NCBI GenBank assembly: GCA_028714475.1
Contig: JAQTNC010000005.1
Location: 6,857-70,856 of the forward strand
Length of the DNA stretch: 64,000 nucleotides
Origin: Patescibacteria group bacterium
GTDB taxonomy: Bacteria; Patescibacteriota; Patescibacteriia; SG8-24
Reading direction: 5' to 3'
Positions 8,193-18,459 of the stretch are shown here, piece after piece. Under the pieces are notes generated by a model, which had not been told where the DNA came from, ran no database searches, and saw nothing but the letters and a program-made list of their open reading frames with translations. The translations under genes and the position numbers were made by a program. Position 1 is the stretch's first letter. Every line of letters begins with the position of its first letter.

Positions 8193-8198
8193 AGCGTT

Positions 8199-9299
8199 AT
8201 GGCCAAACAACCGTTTATTCCGCCAAAACTACCGCCGAAATTGGACTATGAACGTCTGGTTGGCGACATTTCCAAGGCTCAAGCGGCCGTGGCCCGTCTT
8301 GACGGCCTCTTGGCCAACCTGCCCAATCCGCGCCTTTTAGCCCGTTCCCTCATTACCAAAGAGGCCGTCTTGAGCTCTAAAATAGAAGGCACCCAAGCCA
8401 CCCTTGGCGAGGTTATGGAAATGGACGCCAAGAACAACGCAGCGGAAGACACGAATCTCGGCCGGGATTTTCGTGAGATCACAAATTATCGCCGCGCGCT
8501 GGAACGCGGGCTTGTCCTGCTGGAATCAAAGCCGATTTCCGAAAACGTCATCAAGGAATTGCATGGCATCCTTTTGCAGTCGGCCCGTGGTCAAGGGCGA
8601 GCGCCCGGAGAGTTTCGGCGCGCCCAAGTCTACATCGGGACGGCGGGCGCCTCGATTGAGGAGGCCAGCTATATTCCGCCTCCGCCACAGGAAATCCCAA
8701 AGCTTTTTTCTGACCTGGAAAAATACGTCAACGTCGGCGTCGAGCGCGACGAGTTGGTGCGGATCGCCGTGGCTCACTACCAGTTCGAGGCCATTCATCC
8801 TTTTCTTGACGGCAACGGCCGCATCGGGCGCCTGCTCATCGCGCTCATGCTCCACGAGAAAAAGCTCCTGTCGCATCCCTTCGTGTACTTGAGCGAATAC
8901 TTCGAGGCGAACCGCCAGGATTACTACGCCCTGCTGCGGTCCGTGAGCGAACGCGGAAATTGGGAGGAATGGATATCGTTCTTCCTGCGCGGACTCGAGA
9001 TGCAGGCGCGCAAGACGCAGGAGACGTCACGCCGAATCATCGCCCTGAATGAGGCGATGAAGGGGAAGGCGTTCACCGTCGATTCTAAGTATGCCCTGGA
9101 ATTCTTGGACGCCATGTTCGTTAACCCTTACTTCAGCTCGCGGACCATCGGGCGTTTGGTTAAGGTCAAGAACGCACAGACCCTGTTCAATCTGATTCAC
9201 AAGTATCTAGCTGTCGGCATCATTTCCGATACCACGCCCACGGCTAAGCGCAACAAGGTTTATCGTTTCGACGCCTTGGCGAAGCTGTTGGGGGAATGA
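8199..9299 (+). CDS. fic: Fic family protein (Fic_N plus Fic plus C-terminal winged HTH)
   Basis: HPFLDGNGRIGR catalytic motif; EAVLSSKIEGT inhibitory-helix motif. Confidence 0.95.
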   Translation: MAKQPFIPPKLPPKLDYERLVGDISKAQAAVARLDGLLANLPNPRLLARSLITKEAVLSSKIEGTQATLGEVMEMDAKNNAAEDTNLGRDFREITNYRRALERGLVLLESKPISENVIKELHGILLQSARGQGRAPGEFRRAQVYIGTAGASIEEASYIPPPPQEIPKLFSDLEKYVNVGVERDELVRIAVAHYQFEAIHPFLDGNGRIGRLLIALMLHEKKLLSHPFVYLSEYFEANRQDYYALLRSVSERGNWEEWISFFLRGLEMQARKTQETSRRIIALNEAMKGKAFTVDSKYALEFLDAMFVNPYFSSRTIGRLVKVKNAQTLFNLIHKYLAVGIISDTTPTAKRNKVYRFDALAKLLGE

Positions 9300-9303
9300 A
9301 TAC

Positions 9304-10029
9304 ATGGAATCGCCGCGAAAAATCCTGCTCATCGTTTTCTCCGAAGACGACGCCACCTCCCGGGTTGTTTTGGCTGGCCTCTTGGCATCAGCCCGATTGG
9401 CGCCGGAAAACCTGCGCATCGTGAACGCCTTCGCCGCGCCGATGGGGTTCGAGGTTTTGGATGACGTGGACGGTGTCATCATCGGCGGCTCTCGGGGGTC
9501 GGTTTTTGAGCCGCTTCCGAACCTGCTCGCGACCATGGGGGTCCTGCGCGAGGCGCGCCGCCGGCGGTTGCCCATGCTCGGCATCTGTTTCGGCCATCAG
9601 CTGCTCGCCGCATCTTTGGGCGGCAAGGTCGTCCGCGATAACGAACATGAGGAATTCGGAACGTTCGACATTGAGCTGAAACCGGCCGCCATCGAATCGC
9701 CGCTGTTCGCCGGGATGCCGAAGGTTTTTGCGGCCCAATGCGCCCATCATGACCGCGTGACATTGCTGCCACCCGGCGCAGCCGTGCTCGCGTCAAGCGA
9801 ACTCTGCCCGATTCATGCCTTCGTCCTGCCCGACGAGAACATTTACGGCGTGCAGTTTCATCCCGAATACTCCCAGGAAGGCCTGGATACGATTTTGAGC
9901 TTGGCGCCGGTTGAACTTGCCAGCCATTCCGGCGGGATCTCGGCGGCCCGCGAGCGCCTGCGTGAGACGCCGGACGCCGGCCGGGTGCTAACGAATTTTA
10001 TTGGAGTGGCGTCAGGGCTAGGGATGTGA
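9304..10029 (+). CDS. class I glutamine amidotransferase
   Basis: GICFGHQ nucleophile and GVQFHPE motifs. Confidence 0.92.
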   Translation: MESPRKILLIVFSEDDATSRVVLAGLLASARLAPENLRIVNAFAAPMGFEVLDDVDGVIIGGSRGSVFEPLPNLLATMGVLREARRRRLPMLGICFGHQLLAASLGGKVVRDNEHEEFGTFDIELKPAAIESPLFAGMPKVFAAQCAHHDRVTLLPPGAAVLASSELCPIHAFVLPDENIYGVQFHPEYSQEGLDTILSLAPVELASHSGGISAARERLRETPDAGRVLTNFIGVASGLGM

Positions 10030-10123
10030 AGGTGGACGCACGGCGTTTTAAGCGTGTTCGGGGACGCAAAATCATGCTATAATCATTGTATAATCCAATG
10101 CCAAAGCTATTTTTTCCCGCGTT

Positions 10124-10996
10124 ATGTCAAAAACCAGCACCGTCAAAGTCCCGCCTCAATTTGAAGAGATATTCAAAAAAAGTGAAGAAATCGTCGGCCG
10201 CTACTTCAAGGAACGGGTGGATGATCCTACTTCCGCGAAAATCGATATTTCCGGCGACCGCTACATCCTGGTTCGGGCCGCCTCAATGTCGGTGGAGTTC
10301 TTCAAGATCATATCCGAACTGTACAGTGATCGGGGGCTCGAAGAGTCAAACGCCATCGCCGCCAGCCTTCTTTTCGATTTCGCCCACGCCATCGGCAAGG
10401 CCGACGCCGAAAGCTTCCGGAAGAAGATGAATCTGATTGACCCGGTGGAAAAACTGTCCGCCGGTCCGATTCACTTCGCCTATTCCGGCTGGGCGTTCGT
10501 CGACATCTCGGAGGAAAGCAATCCGTCCCCGGACGAGAACTTCCTGCTGATTTATGACCACGTGGCCAGTTTTGAATCGGATGCCTGGATTAAAGAAGGA
10601 ATCAAGGCCGACCATCCAGTCTGCATCATGAACAGCGGTTACTCCTCCGGCTGGTGCGAGGTCAGTTTCGGCATCCCGCTGGTGTCGGTCGAACTGACCT
10701 GCCGAGCCAAAGGCGACAAGAAATGCCATTTCGTCATGGCTCCTCCGGACATGGTTGTCGGGAGGATCGCCGCGCACGTCGGCGAAGAGGGCATTCCGCA
10801 CATCGGCGAGGTTGGGAAATACGAGATTCCCGGATTTTTCGACCGCAAGATTCAGGAAGACAAGCTCCGGCAGAAGAATGTTGAATTGAAACAGCTTAAC
10901 GAAATGATGATCGGCCGCGAGGTCAAGATGGCCGAGATGAAGAAGCGGGTTGCTGATTTGGAGGCCCAACTTAAGAAACTAAGCGCAAACAAATGA
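10124..10996 (+). CDS. XylR-N/V4R ligand-binding domain protein with C-terminal coiled coil
   Basis: HPVCIMNSGYSSGW...ELTCRAKGDKKCHF V4R motif; C-terminal LNEMMIGREVKMAEMKK coil. Confidence 0.85.
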   Translation: MSKTSTVKVPPQFEEIFKKSEEIVGRYFKERVDDPTSAKIDISGDRYILVRAASMSVEFFKIISELYSDRGLEESNAIAASLLFDFAHAIGKADAESFRKKMNLIDPVEKLSAGPIHFAYSGWAFVDISEESNPSPDENFLLIYDHVASFESDAWIKEGIKADHPVCIMNSGYSSGWCEVSFGIPLVSVELTCRAKGDKKCHFVMAPPDMVVGRIAAHVGEEGIPHIGEVGKYEIPGFFDRKIQEDKLRQKNVELKQLNEMMIGREVKMAEMKKRVADLEAQLKKLSANK

Positions 10997-12582
10997 CCGG
11001 CGCGACAGCGGAAATCATCAGGCTCGCCGTCCTGGCCGCCAGCTGGGCTGTGCTGGCGTTGGCCGTCGGGATTGTGGCGCGCGATTACCTGAAAAAACGC
11101 GCTGGCGGCGGGCGGGGCGTTCGGCTTGAACGGGCCGCCATCTGGTCGTTTTCGGGCCTCGTGTTGGCGTTGGTCCTGCTGGGGGCCGTCTGGACGGCCG
11201 TCGTCCTCGTCAGTCATCTCGGCCTCGGAGTCGTCCTGCCGGTGACCGTCGCCTGGACCTCCTCGGCCCTGTTCTCCTTGTCCTGTTTGAGCCTTTGGCA
11301 TGACCGCGCCCTCCGTCTTTTCAGCGCCGCGGAAAAGGAGCTCCACCTCCAGCACGCGGACGAGCAGATGTCGAAGCGTCAGTCGATCGAGTTCGCGGAA
11401 AACGTCAAAGAAATGGAGCGGCTGAAGATTGCCCTCCTGAACCTGACGGATGACTTGCGCAGCGAGAAACAAGCGGCCCTTGAATCCAAGTCGCGCCTCC
11501 AATCGGTTTTCCGCGGCATCTCCGACGGAGTCTTCGTCGTCGGCCTTGATGGGCAAATTTCCTTGGTCAACCCGGTCATGGCCGGCTGGATCGGGGTTCC
11601 CCCGGAGTCGCTGGTCGGCCGGCCGTGGACCGATATCGTTTCATTCAGCGACGACCATGGGGAGCCGAAAAACGAATTTGTCAGGCGGCTGATGGCCGAA
11701 AAAGTCTCCCAGCCGGACTTTCATCACGACCTGATCCTGAAGACGAAGAGCGCCGACATGCCGGTTTCCGCAGCCATCTCCCCGGTCAACATCGAGGACC
11801 AGCAGTTCGGCACCGTCGTCGTCCTGCGCGACTATACCCGGGAAAAGAAGCTCGACCAGGCCAAGACCGAGTTCGTTTCCATCGCCTCCCATCAGCTGAG
11901 GACGCCCCTCACGGCCATCAACTGGTACATGGAATCCCTGCTGGCCGGCGATTTCGGGGAGCTGAAGGGCGAGGAGCGCGAGGCGCTGAACTCCATCCTG
12001 CAGTCGAGCCGGCAGATGACCAATCTGATCAGCGCCCTGCTCAATGTCGCCCGCATCGACATCGGCTATTTGCGGATACTTTCGGAGCCGGCCTCGATCA
12101 AGGAAATCTGCGAGGAGGTCATTCGGGAATCAGCCGCTCGGGTCAAGGAAAAACGGTTGAAGGTGGACTTCAGCGCCGATGACCTGCCGAAGGTGCCGCT
12201 GGACCGCAATCTCATGAAGATCGTCGCGGAGAACCTGTTCACCAACGCCGTCCGGTACACGCCGCCCGACGGCAGGATATCCGTCGAGCTTAGGCACCAG
12301 GGGGACCAGGCAATCCTGAAAGTGACTGACACCGGCTACGGCGTTCCCGCGAAACAGAAGGAGAAGATTTTTGGCAAGCTCTTTCGGGCGGACAACGTCA
12401 CCTCCCTGGTGCCGGAGGGCACTGGTCTGGGGCTGTACATCACCAAATCGATCGTCAGCCAATTCGGCGGCGACATCGGCTTCGATTCGGAGGAAGGCAA
12501 GGGGTCGACTTTTTGGGTGTCCGTGCCGCTGTCCGGTGTTGCCTCCAAGGAGGGGCGCCAAACCCTGGTCAGTATGCCGTGA
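10993..12582 (+). CDS. membrane PAS-domain sensor histidine kinase
   Basis: 3 TM, PAS, intact H-box SHQLRTPL, N-box TNAVRYT, DTGYG, GTGLGL; ATGA overlap with the V4R gene. Confidence 0.93.
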   Translation: MTGATAEIIRLAVLAASWAVLALAVGIVARDYLKKRAGGGRGVRLERAAIWSFSGLVLALVLLGAVWTAVVLVSHLGLGVVLPVTVAWTSSALFSLSCLSLWHDRALRLFSAAEKELHLQHADEQMSKRQSIEFAENVKEMERLKIALLNLTDDLRSEKQAALESKSRLQSVFRGISDGVFVVGLDGQISLVNPVMAGWIGVPPESLVGRPWTDIVSFSDDHGEPKNEFVRRLMAEKVSQPDFHHDLILKTKSADMPVSAAISPVNIEDQQFGTVVVLRDYTREKKLDQAKTEFVSIASHQLRTPLTAINWYMESLLAGDFGELKGEEREALNSILQSSRQMTNLISALLNVARIDIGYLRILSEPASIKEICEEVIRESAARVKEKRLKVDFSADDLPKVPLDRNLMKIVAENLFTNAVRYTPPDGRISVELRHQGDQAILKVTDTGYGVPAKQKEKIFGKLFRADNVTSLVPEGTGLGLYITKSIVSQFGGDIGFDSEEGKGSTFWVSVPLSGVASKEGRQTLVSMP

Positions 12583-12607
12583 TCGGGGTCAAATACAGCC
12601 GACAAGC

Positions 12608-14920
12608 ATGACCAAAATCCGACTTTTCCTGCGGAACAACTGGAAAATTTTGGGGCCAATCATCCTGTTGGCCGGCTGTTTTGGTTTAGCCTGTTTTTTC
12701 CGCGACCGGATTCCCTTTGTCAGCGCCGAAGTTGGCTGCGCCACCCCGTCCAACGGGACAGGGACCATGCCCATCCCCAACACCACTTTCCTGAAGTCGT
12801 ACCGCCTCTTGGTGTTCACCAAAATCAACGGCGCTTGGCCGACCAAGGACGGCGGCTACATCGTTTCCGGCACCACGGACCCGAACATCATGTTCCTCCC
12901 GCCGGACGGTTTCGTGGCCAAACTCGACAAGCAGGGCAGCATCCAGTGGATGAGATTCCTGAAAACGACCAACGCGGGCGGCGTCGGGAACCCCCGCGGC
13001 GACGAGGACGTGCAGTCGATCATCGAGCTGAAGAGCGGCGGCTACCTGATGGCTGCCAAGGTCTGGGGGTTCATCACGGCCAAGGAATGGAACGCGGATG
13101 ACGTGGAGCTGAACAAGGTTCTGCTCACCAAGCTGGACAAGAACGGCAACGCGATCTGGAGCAAGTCCTTCCCCGCGTTCGTGGAGGACGCGAGAAATTC
13201 CCTGCTGGAAACGGATGACAAGGGTTTCCTGTTTCACGCCAACATCGCCGAACTGGCGCCCAACGAAAGAGGGGAGGACAGCGACGTTTACCTCGATCAG
13301 CCCTACGCGTCGCTCAAGGTTTTCAAGTTCGACCAAAACGGCGACCTCCAATGGTCAAAGAAAATCAAGAATTTCATTTCCCGCAAGAACGATTCCTACT
13401 TCATGCCGACGCCGGACGGCGGTTACGCCCTCGCGGGCAACATCGCCGAGACGAATCCGGAAAAAGACCCGCCGTATAATTACGATACTTATCCGGGTCT
13501 GGCCAAGTTCGACCAGGATTTCAATTTCTCCTGGGCGAAAAGCCTCGAAAGCACGCCTTTGGACATGGCCGCGGCCATTCCCAAACCGGAAGGGGGCTAT
13601 GAGCTGGGTTGGAAGAAGGTGCGCCAAGGGGCCAGCGTCATCCACGGCCTGGTCCGGACGCAGGACAACGGTTATCTGGTCCTGGGAAATTTGTCCGCGG
13701 GCTTGTCCCTGATAACCAACAGCCAGGATTTGAAATCCGGTCTGCCGCAAACCTATTTGATCGGCTACAAGTTTGGCCCACAGGGAAATCTGGAGTGGGT
13801 CAAGAAGATTTCCATAGGTTATTACGAGTTCACCATGCCGATGACGGATTTTTCCGTTTCCTCGACGACAGACAACAAAGTGATGGTGGTCGGCCCCATC
13901 ACTTGGGCGGATGAGGATTACCGGGCAAAAGCCAAAGCCGTTAATGACCAACGTGAATGGTATGTCGAGAAATACGGAGACGCCGAAATGTTGAAGGATG
14001 AGAAGCAAAAAACCAAACAATCGCGCGAGGATTGGAAAAAGGTCCAGGCGGTCATTACGATCGCTCAAGACGCTTTTCGTCCCGGCGTTTTCATGATGAA
14101 AACGGATCAGGAAATGAATGTCAGTTGGGCAAAGACGATCAATCCGCAACGCGGAACCACCAACTACGTCATGAAAGCGACGGCGGACAGCGGGGCCATT
14201 GTCGCCGGCGAATACGAAACCAACGTGGTCCAATCGGTCATGTTCGGTTATCTCATTACCTATTACAAGGACGGTTTCCTGATGAAACTGGACGCCAGCG
14301 GCAACGTCAACAACAGCAAATGGATCACGGATTATAACGGCAAAATCATCACGGAGCTGATGACGCCCTATGCCCTTTCCAACGATTTGGTCGCGTCAGC
14401 CGAATCCTATCCGGTTGTTTTGACGAAACGAAAACCAGAATTCTCCCTTTACAGAAAGGCGAAAACCGTCACTTACGCCCCGTTCAAGAGCGCCAAGGAA
14501 ACCCTTTGTCCCGTGACGCCCGCGGTTGCCGCCTACGACACTCCGCTCCAGAATTCAACCAGCACCTCAACCGCGACCAGAACGTGGCCGCAGATCGATT
14601 ACGAGAGGAGTGTCCCGGTTGAACCGGTCAACGACAAGAGCCGGACCATCCACAACGAGTTGCTGCCGATCTTGAATCAGCTTTACAGCAACCAGGTCAA
14701 GCTGACGGACAACATGGGCGGGGCGATGTTGAGTTACGTCTTTGATCGCGTCGTCACCGCTGACGACCTGACGGCGGTGAAAACATACCTCGAAGGCCTT
14801 GGTTACAAGACACAGGACGAGGGGACTCGCCAATTGACGATGTATAAGCCGGGGTATTTCCTGGTCATGACTTTTTCCACGGGGAACCTCAACAAGGCGT
14901 TTTTGGACGTGACTTATTAA
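12608..14920 (+). CDS. large exported beta-propeller-repeat protein
   Basis: N-terminal TM/signal; repeated DGGYxxxG...KLDxxGNxxWxK blades. Confidence 0.8.
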   Translation: MTKIRLFLRNNWKILGPIILLAGCFGLACFFRDRIPFVSAEVGCATPSNGTGTMPIPNTTFLKSYRLLVFTKINGAWPTKDGGYIVSGTTDPNIMFLPPDGFVAKLDKQGSIQWMRFLKTTNAGGVGNPRGDEDVQSIIELKSGGYLMAAKVWGFITAKEWNADDVELNKVLLTKLDKNGNAIWSKSFPAFVEDARNSLLETDDKGFLFHANIAELAPNERGEDSDVYLDQPYASLKVFKFDQNGDLQWSKKIKNFISRKNDSYFMPTPDGGYALAGNIAETNPEKDPPYNYDTYPGLAKFDQDFNFSWAKSLESTPLDMAAAIPKPEGGYELGWKKVRQGASVIHGLVRTQDNGYLVLGNLSAGLSLITNSQDLKSGLPQTYLIGYKFGPQGNLEWVKKISIGYYEFTMPMTDFSVSSTTDNKVMVVGPITWADEDYRAKAKAVNDQREWYVEKYGDAEMLKDEKQKTKQSREDWKKVQAVITIAQDAFRPGVFMMKTDQEMNVSWAKTINPQRGTTNYVMKATADSGAIVAGEYETNVVQSVMFGYLITYYKDGFLMKLDASGNVNNSKWITDYNGKIITELMTPYALSNDLVASAESYPVVLTKRKPEFSLYRKAKTVTYAPFKSAKETLCPVTPAVAAYDTPLQNSTSTSTATRTWPQIDYERSVPVEPVNDKSRTIHNELLPILNQLYSNQVKLTDNMGGAMLSYVFDRVVTADDLTAVKTYLEGLGYKTQDEGTRQLTMYKPGYFLVMTFSTGNLNKAFLDVTY

Positions 14921-14994
14921 AGGGGACACAAGTCAGGCTGGGGTGCGGGCCGCATCACAAGGCTCGACTCCACGAATCTAATCCGTAACCAAAA

Positions 14995-15018
14995 CCGCCC
15001 CGCAATACTGCGGGGCGG
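14995..15018. repeat. CCCGCARTACTGCGGG palindrome family copy (terminator-like)
   Basis: Also at 19128-19143, 45001-45026 and 46403-46422. Confidence 0.8.
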
Positions 15019-15033
15019 CCGTGGTTTTTGGCG

Positions 15034-15231
15034 TTAGGCGCGGCGAACGTTCGCGGCGCGCGGACCCTTCGGGGAATCCTCCATCTCAAAGGAGACCTTG
15101 TCTCCCGTGCGGAGTTCCGTGAAGGCGACGTCGACGAGGGACGAAGAGTGGAAGAACAGATCCTGTCCTTCTCCCTCCGGGGCGATGAAGCCAAAGCCCT
15201 TGTCGGTCAGACGCTTGATGGTACCGGTCAT
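15034..15231 (-). CDS. csp: cold-shock protein
   Basis: KGFGFI (RNP1) and LFFH (RNP2), ending KGPRAANV. Confidence 0.95.
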   Translation of the reverse strand: MTGTIKRLTDKGFGFIAPEGEGQDLFFHSSSLVDVAFTELRTGDKVSFEMEDSPKGPRAANVRRA

Positions 15232-15353
15232 GGTATTTGTTGGTTAATGACGTGCAAACTTACATGGTTCCGGACCGACTACTTCCATCGCCAATTTTGC
15301 TTGTTGACTATAGCACACCTCCGCTTATTTGTCCATGCCTGCGGCAAGCCGGG

Positions 15354-15710
15354 TCACGGGCGGTCCTCACGGCTCCCGTCGGCCAGCCAGTTCAGCACCG
15401 AACCGACCAGGGAGACGACGAGGCTGAACAGGAGCGCCCACCAGAAGCCGGCCACGGCAAATCCGGGGATGAGCCAGTCCACGAGCATGACCATGAGGGC
15501 GTTTATGACGAAAAGGAACAGGCCGAGCGTGAGGATGGTCGCGGGCAGGGTCAGGACGATGACGATGGGCTTCACGACGACGTTGACGACGCCGAGCACG
15601 ACGGCGACGATGAGGGCGGTGAGCGGGCCGTCCACCATGATGCCGGGCAGGATGTAGGCGGCGACCAGCACGGCGATGGTGTTTAGGATGAGTTTGAGGA
15701 TGAGGCGCAT
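15354..15710 (-). CDS. 4-TM phage holin family IV / YvlD (DUF360) membrane protein
   Basis: VKPIVIVLTLPATILTLGLFLFVINA signature. Confidence 0.9.
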   Translation of the reverse strand: MRLILKLILNTIAVLVAAYILPGIMVDGPLTALIVAVVLGVVNVVVKPIVIVLTLPATILTLGLFLFVINALMVMLVDWLIPGFAVAGFWWALLFSLVVSLVGSVLNWLADGSREDRP

Positions 15711-15743
15711 AGGTTTGTTCAGGCTTTTGTTCACCTCCGCCGA

Positions 15744-15870
15744 ATACCCCGGGCGTCAGCCCGGGATTCCTGACGCGTGAATCCCCCGAAGCCCGGAGGG
15801 CGAAGGGGGCATCGGGCTGCGGTGAATGAAATATGAAGGGGTCTTAGATACCCCGGGCGTGAGCCCGGGG
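15744..15870. repeat. REP cluster: two CCCCGGGCGTNAGCCCGGG hairpins and a 28-nt element
   Basis: Copies at 15744-15765 and 15848-15870 (third at 46558-46581); 15782-15809 is identical to 41171-41198. Confidence 0.8.
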
Positions 15871-15938
15871 AGTCTTCATTACACGGTTGATTTTATCACA
15901 AAACGCTCCGACTCGGCGGAGCGTTGCGCTGGGCATCC

Positions 15939-16319
15939 TCAATCCTGTAAGAGGCCGCGCCAGGCGTTTGACAGCCGGCGGCGCAGTCTGCGCCACGCTC
16001 GGCGAAGGCGGCTCGGCGGCGGAGCCGGCGTCCAGTCCCAGCCGACGCGCGGCCGGATGGCGGCGAGGAACTTCTCGAGGAGCGGCAGCCGGTCTTCCGG
16101 CTTGGCTTTCGGGTTCCACCAGGTGACTTCGCCGTGATCGTTGATGACGAAGGCGATGTCGAGATCAATGCCGCTGAACATCCAGAAGTGTTCTTTGCCG
16201 TCTTTGGCAGTGATGGACAATTCATCGTTGATTTTCACGACGGCCGGCCAAAGTTCGGGGCGCGGGGTCAGCACTCTCGTCGCTCGGTGCAAGGCGAGGG
16301 CGGCTTCTTCGAGTTTCAT
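15939..16319 (-). CDS. hypothetical protein
   Basis: GGAGG SD upstream of ATG; 126 aa. Confidence 0.55.
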   Translation of the reverse strand: MKLEEAALALHRATRVLTPRPELWPAVVKINDELSITAKDGKEHFWMFSGIDLDIAFVINDHGEVTWWNPKAKPEDRLPLLEKFLAAIRPRVGWDWTPAPPPSRLRRAWRRLRRRLSNAWRGLLQD

Positions 16320-16423
16320 GAAAGACCTCCGTCGTCAGTAAATCGCGGATGGGTTCTTGTGTCAATCGGGTTTTCGGAACCGGGTATTCCCGCGAACGCA
16401 CGGGCGTGGTTCAATATGGTCGT

Positions 16424-17665
16424 ATGAAAATCGCGATTATCGGCGGGGGCGCGGCGGGGCTCATGGCCTTGGCGGCGGCGCGTGAGGCCAATCCGCAGGC
16501 CGAAATTCATCTGATTGAGCGTAACGAGGCCGTCGGCCGGAAGATACTGCTCACCGGCGGCGGGCGCTGTAACGTCACGACCGGGCTCACGGACGTCGCC
16601 GAGGTGTTGACTCGGTATCCGCGCGGCGCCGGTTTCCTGGAAGACGCGATGCGCGCGTTTCCGCCCACGGCGGTGCGGGCGTGGTTCGAGGCGCAAGGTG
16701 TGCCGCTCAAGGAAGAGGCCGACCGGCGCATTTTCCCGAAGTCCGACGACGGGCGTGACGTGGTGGCGGTCTTCGAGAGGCTTTTGCGCGAGCCGAAAGT
16801 CATCGCGCACTTGAAGGCTGTCGCTGAGGGCATCGAACGGTCGGCTGGCGGGATGTTTCAGGTCAAAATCCGCGGCCTCGCGTCGCCGCTCCAATTCGAC
16901 CGCGTCATCCTGACGACCGGAGGGCGGGCGTACCGCGAGACCGGTTCGACCGGCGACGGCTATGCTTTCGCCGCCAAGTTCGGTCACGTCATCACGCCAC
17001 TCGCGGCCAGCTTGAGTGCGCTTCACGTGCGCGAGAAATGGGCGGGCGAATTGGCCGGCGTTTCTTTCGCGCGGGCGCGCATGAGCGTCCCCAGGGGCGG
17101 CCATGAGTTCACCGGCCCATTCGTCTTTACCCATCGCGGCCTGACTGGTCCGGCGGTTTTCGCCGTCTCGTCGCTCATCGCGCACGAGCCGGTTTCCGCG
17201 ACCGAACCGCTGGAAATGGAAATTGACTTCCTGCCAGACGAAACGAAAGCGGCGGCAACCGAGCGGCTGAACCGCACTTGCCAACAGGCACCGACGCGTC
17301 ATTTCGAAAATGTGCTCACGGAGTTCGTGCCGAAGGCACTCGCGGCGGTCGTGTGCCGCGAAACCAAAATTCCTGCCGATCGCTTCGCCGGCAAGGTCAG
17401 CAAGAAGGATATGGTAGCCACGGTCGCCTGGCTCAAGGGCGCGCCCTTGCGTGTCATCGGCCGCGCGGCCGGCGAGGAGTTCGTGACGGCCGGCGGCGTT
17501 GACCTCACGGAAGTTAATCCGGCGACCATGGAGTCGCGGCTTTGTCCCGGCCTGTATTTCGCCGGCGAAATTTTGAATATTGACGCCTTTACCGGCGGTT
17601 TTAACCTTCAGTCCGCCTGGGCGACCGGGCGGTTGGCGGGTGATAGCGCGGCCAGGATATCCTGA
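16424..17665 (+). CDS. HI0933/YhiN (BaiN-like) NAD(P)/FAD-dependent oxidoreductase
   Basis: IIGGGAAG, KILLTGGGRCNVT, FTHRGLTGP, TGGFNLQSAW. Confidence 0.95.
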   Translation: MKIAIIGGGAAGLMALAAAREANPQAEIHLIERNEAVGRKILLTGGGRCNVTTGLTDVAEVLTRYPRGAGFLEDAMRAFPPTAVRAWFEAQGVPLKEEADRRIFPKSDDGRDVVAVFERLLREPKVIAHLKAVAEGIERSAGGMFQVKIRGLASPLQFDRVILTTGGRAYRETGSTGDGYAFAAKFGHVITPLAASLSALHVREKWAGELAGVSFARARMSVPRGGHEFTGPFVFTHRGLTGPAVFAVSSLIAHEPVSATEPLEMEIDFLPDETKAAATERLNRTCQQAPTRHFENVLTEFVPKALAAVVCRETKIPADRFAGKVSKKDMVATVAWLKGAPLRVIGRAAGEEFVTAGGVDLTEVNPATMESRLCPGLYFAGEILNIDAFTGGFNLQSAWATGRLAGDSAARIS

Positions 17666-17723
17666 CCGCGCGCTGAACAATTTGGCCGGGTTGGGCGGGG
17701 CGCAAGGGCGACACCCGCCACTA

Positions 17724-17752
17724 TTGACAAATTAGCTAAAATATGATATTCT
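17724..17752 (+). promoter_or_regulatory. sigma70 promoter with extended -10
   Basis: TTGACA-N17-TATTCT with TG two bases upstream of the -10. Confidence 0.6.
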
Positions 17753-17784
17753 TCGTTAACGCTTAATTACTTGTTCAAAATCAT

Positions 17785-18459
17785 ATGGGAAATTTTGATC
17801 GCCGCCGTGAATCCGGTTCCGACCGGGGTGGCAAGAGGTTTGGAGGGGGAAGGGGAGGTTTCGGCGGCCGTGACGGCACGAGGCCGACGCAGTTGTTCAA
17901 GGCGACCTGCGAGGCCTGCAAGCGCCCTTGCGAGGTGCCGTTCCGCCCGACCGGCGAGAAGCCGGTTTACTGCCGCGATTGCTTCAAGGGAGGCAATGAC
18001 GGCCAACCGCGGAGATTTGGCGACCGGGATGCCGGACGTTCCTCCTTCGGCGAGAAACAGATGTTTTCGGCGACCTGCAGCCAATGCGGCAGCCGATGCG
18101 AGGTGCCGTTCCGCCCGACCGGCGAGAAGCCGGTTTACTGCCGCGCCTGTTTCGGCAAGGACACGCACGCGCCGAGCCGCGACGTCAGACCCGCGGTTGA
18201 CCAGTACAAGGCGCAGTTCGAGACGCTGAACTACAAGCTTGATCGCATCATGCGCGCCTTGGGTGTCGAGAGCGAGAGGAAAGTCCTGGTCGTTGACTCG
18301 ACGCCGGCTAAGGATTCGGGGACTGTCCCCGAACGGGGACTGTCCCCAGACGCAGCGGTTACAAAGAAAGAATCGGATGCCGCTCCGGCTAAGGCGGTCA
18401 AAGCGCCCAAGGCAGGCAAGGCCGCTGGCAAGAAAGCCAAGACCGCCAAGAAAAAATAA
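17785..18459 (+). CDS. CxxC-x17-CxxC domain protein (two zinc ribbons, RGG-rich N-terminus, Lys/Ala tail)
   Basis: Two ATCxxCxxxCEVPFRPTGEKPVYCRxCF repeats. Confidence 0.92.
   Translation: MGNFDRRRESGSDRGGKRFGGGRGGFGGRDGTRPTQLFKATCEACKRPCEVPFRPTGEKPVYCRDCFKGGNDGQPRRFGDRDAGRSSFGEKQMFSATCSQCGSRCEVPFRPTGEKPVYCRACFGKDTHAPSRDVRPAVDQYKAQFETLNYKLDRIMRALGVESERKVLVVDSTPAKDSGTVPERGLSPDAAVTKKESDAAPAKAVKAPKAGKAAGKKAKTAKKK
18315..18348. repeat. tandem GGGGACTGTCCCC palindromes inside the CDS
   Basis: ttcggggactgtccccgaa-cggggactgtcccca; related copy at 36879-36891. Confidence 0.75.

Noticed and set aside
15354-15710. Prophage lysis module
   Set aside because: YvlD/holin-IV family genes are common chromosomal genes; no endolysin or phage genes nearby.
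16316-17680. 454-aa minus-strand ORF
   Set aside because: Shadow of the HI0933 flavoprotein gene.
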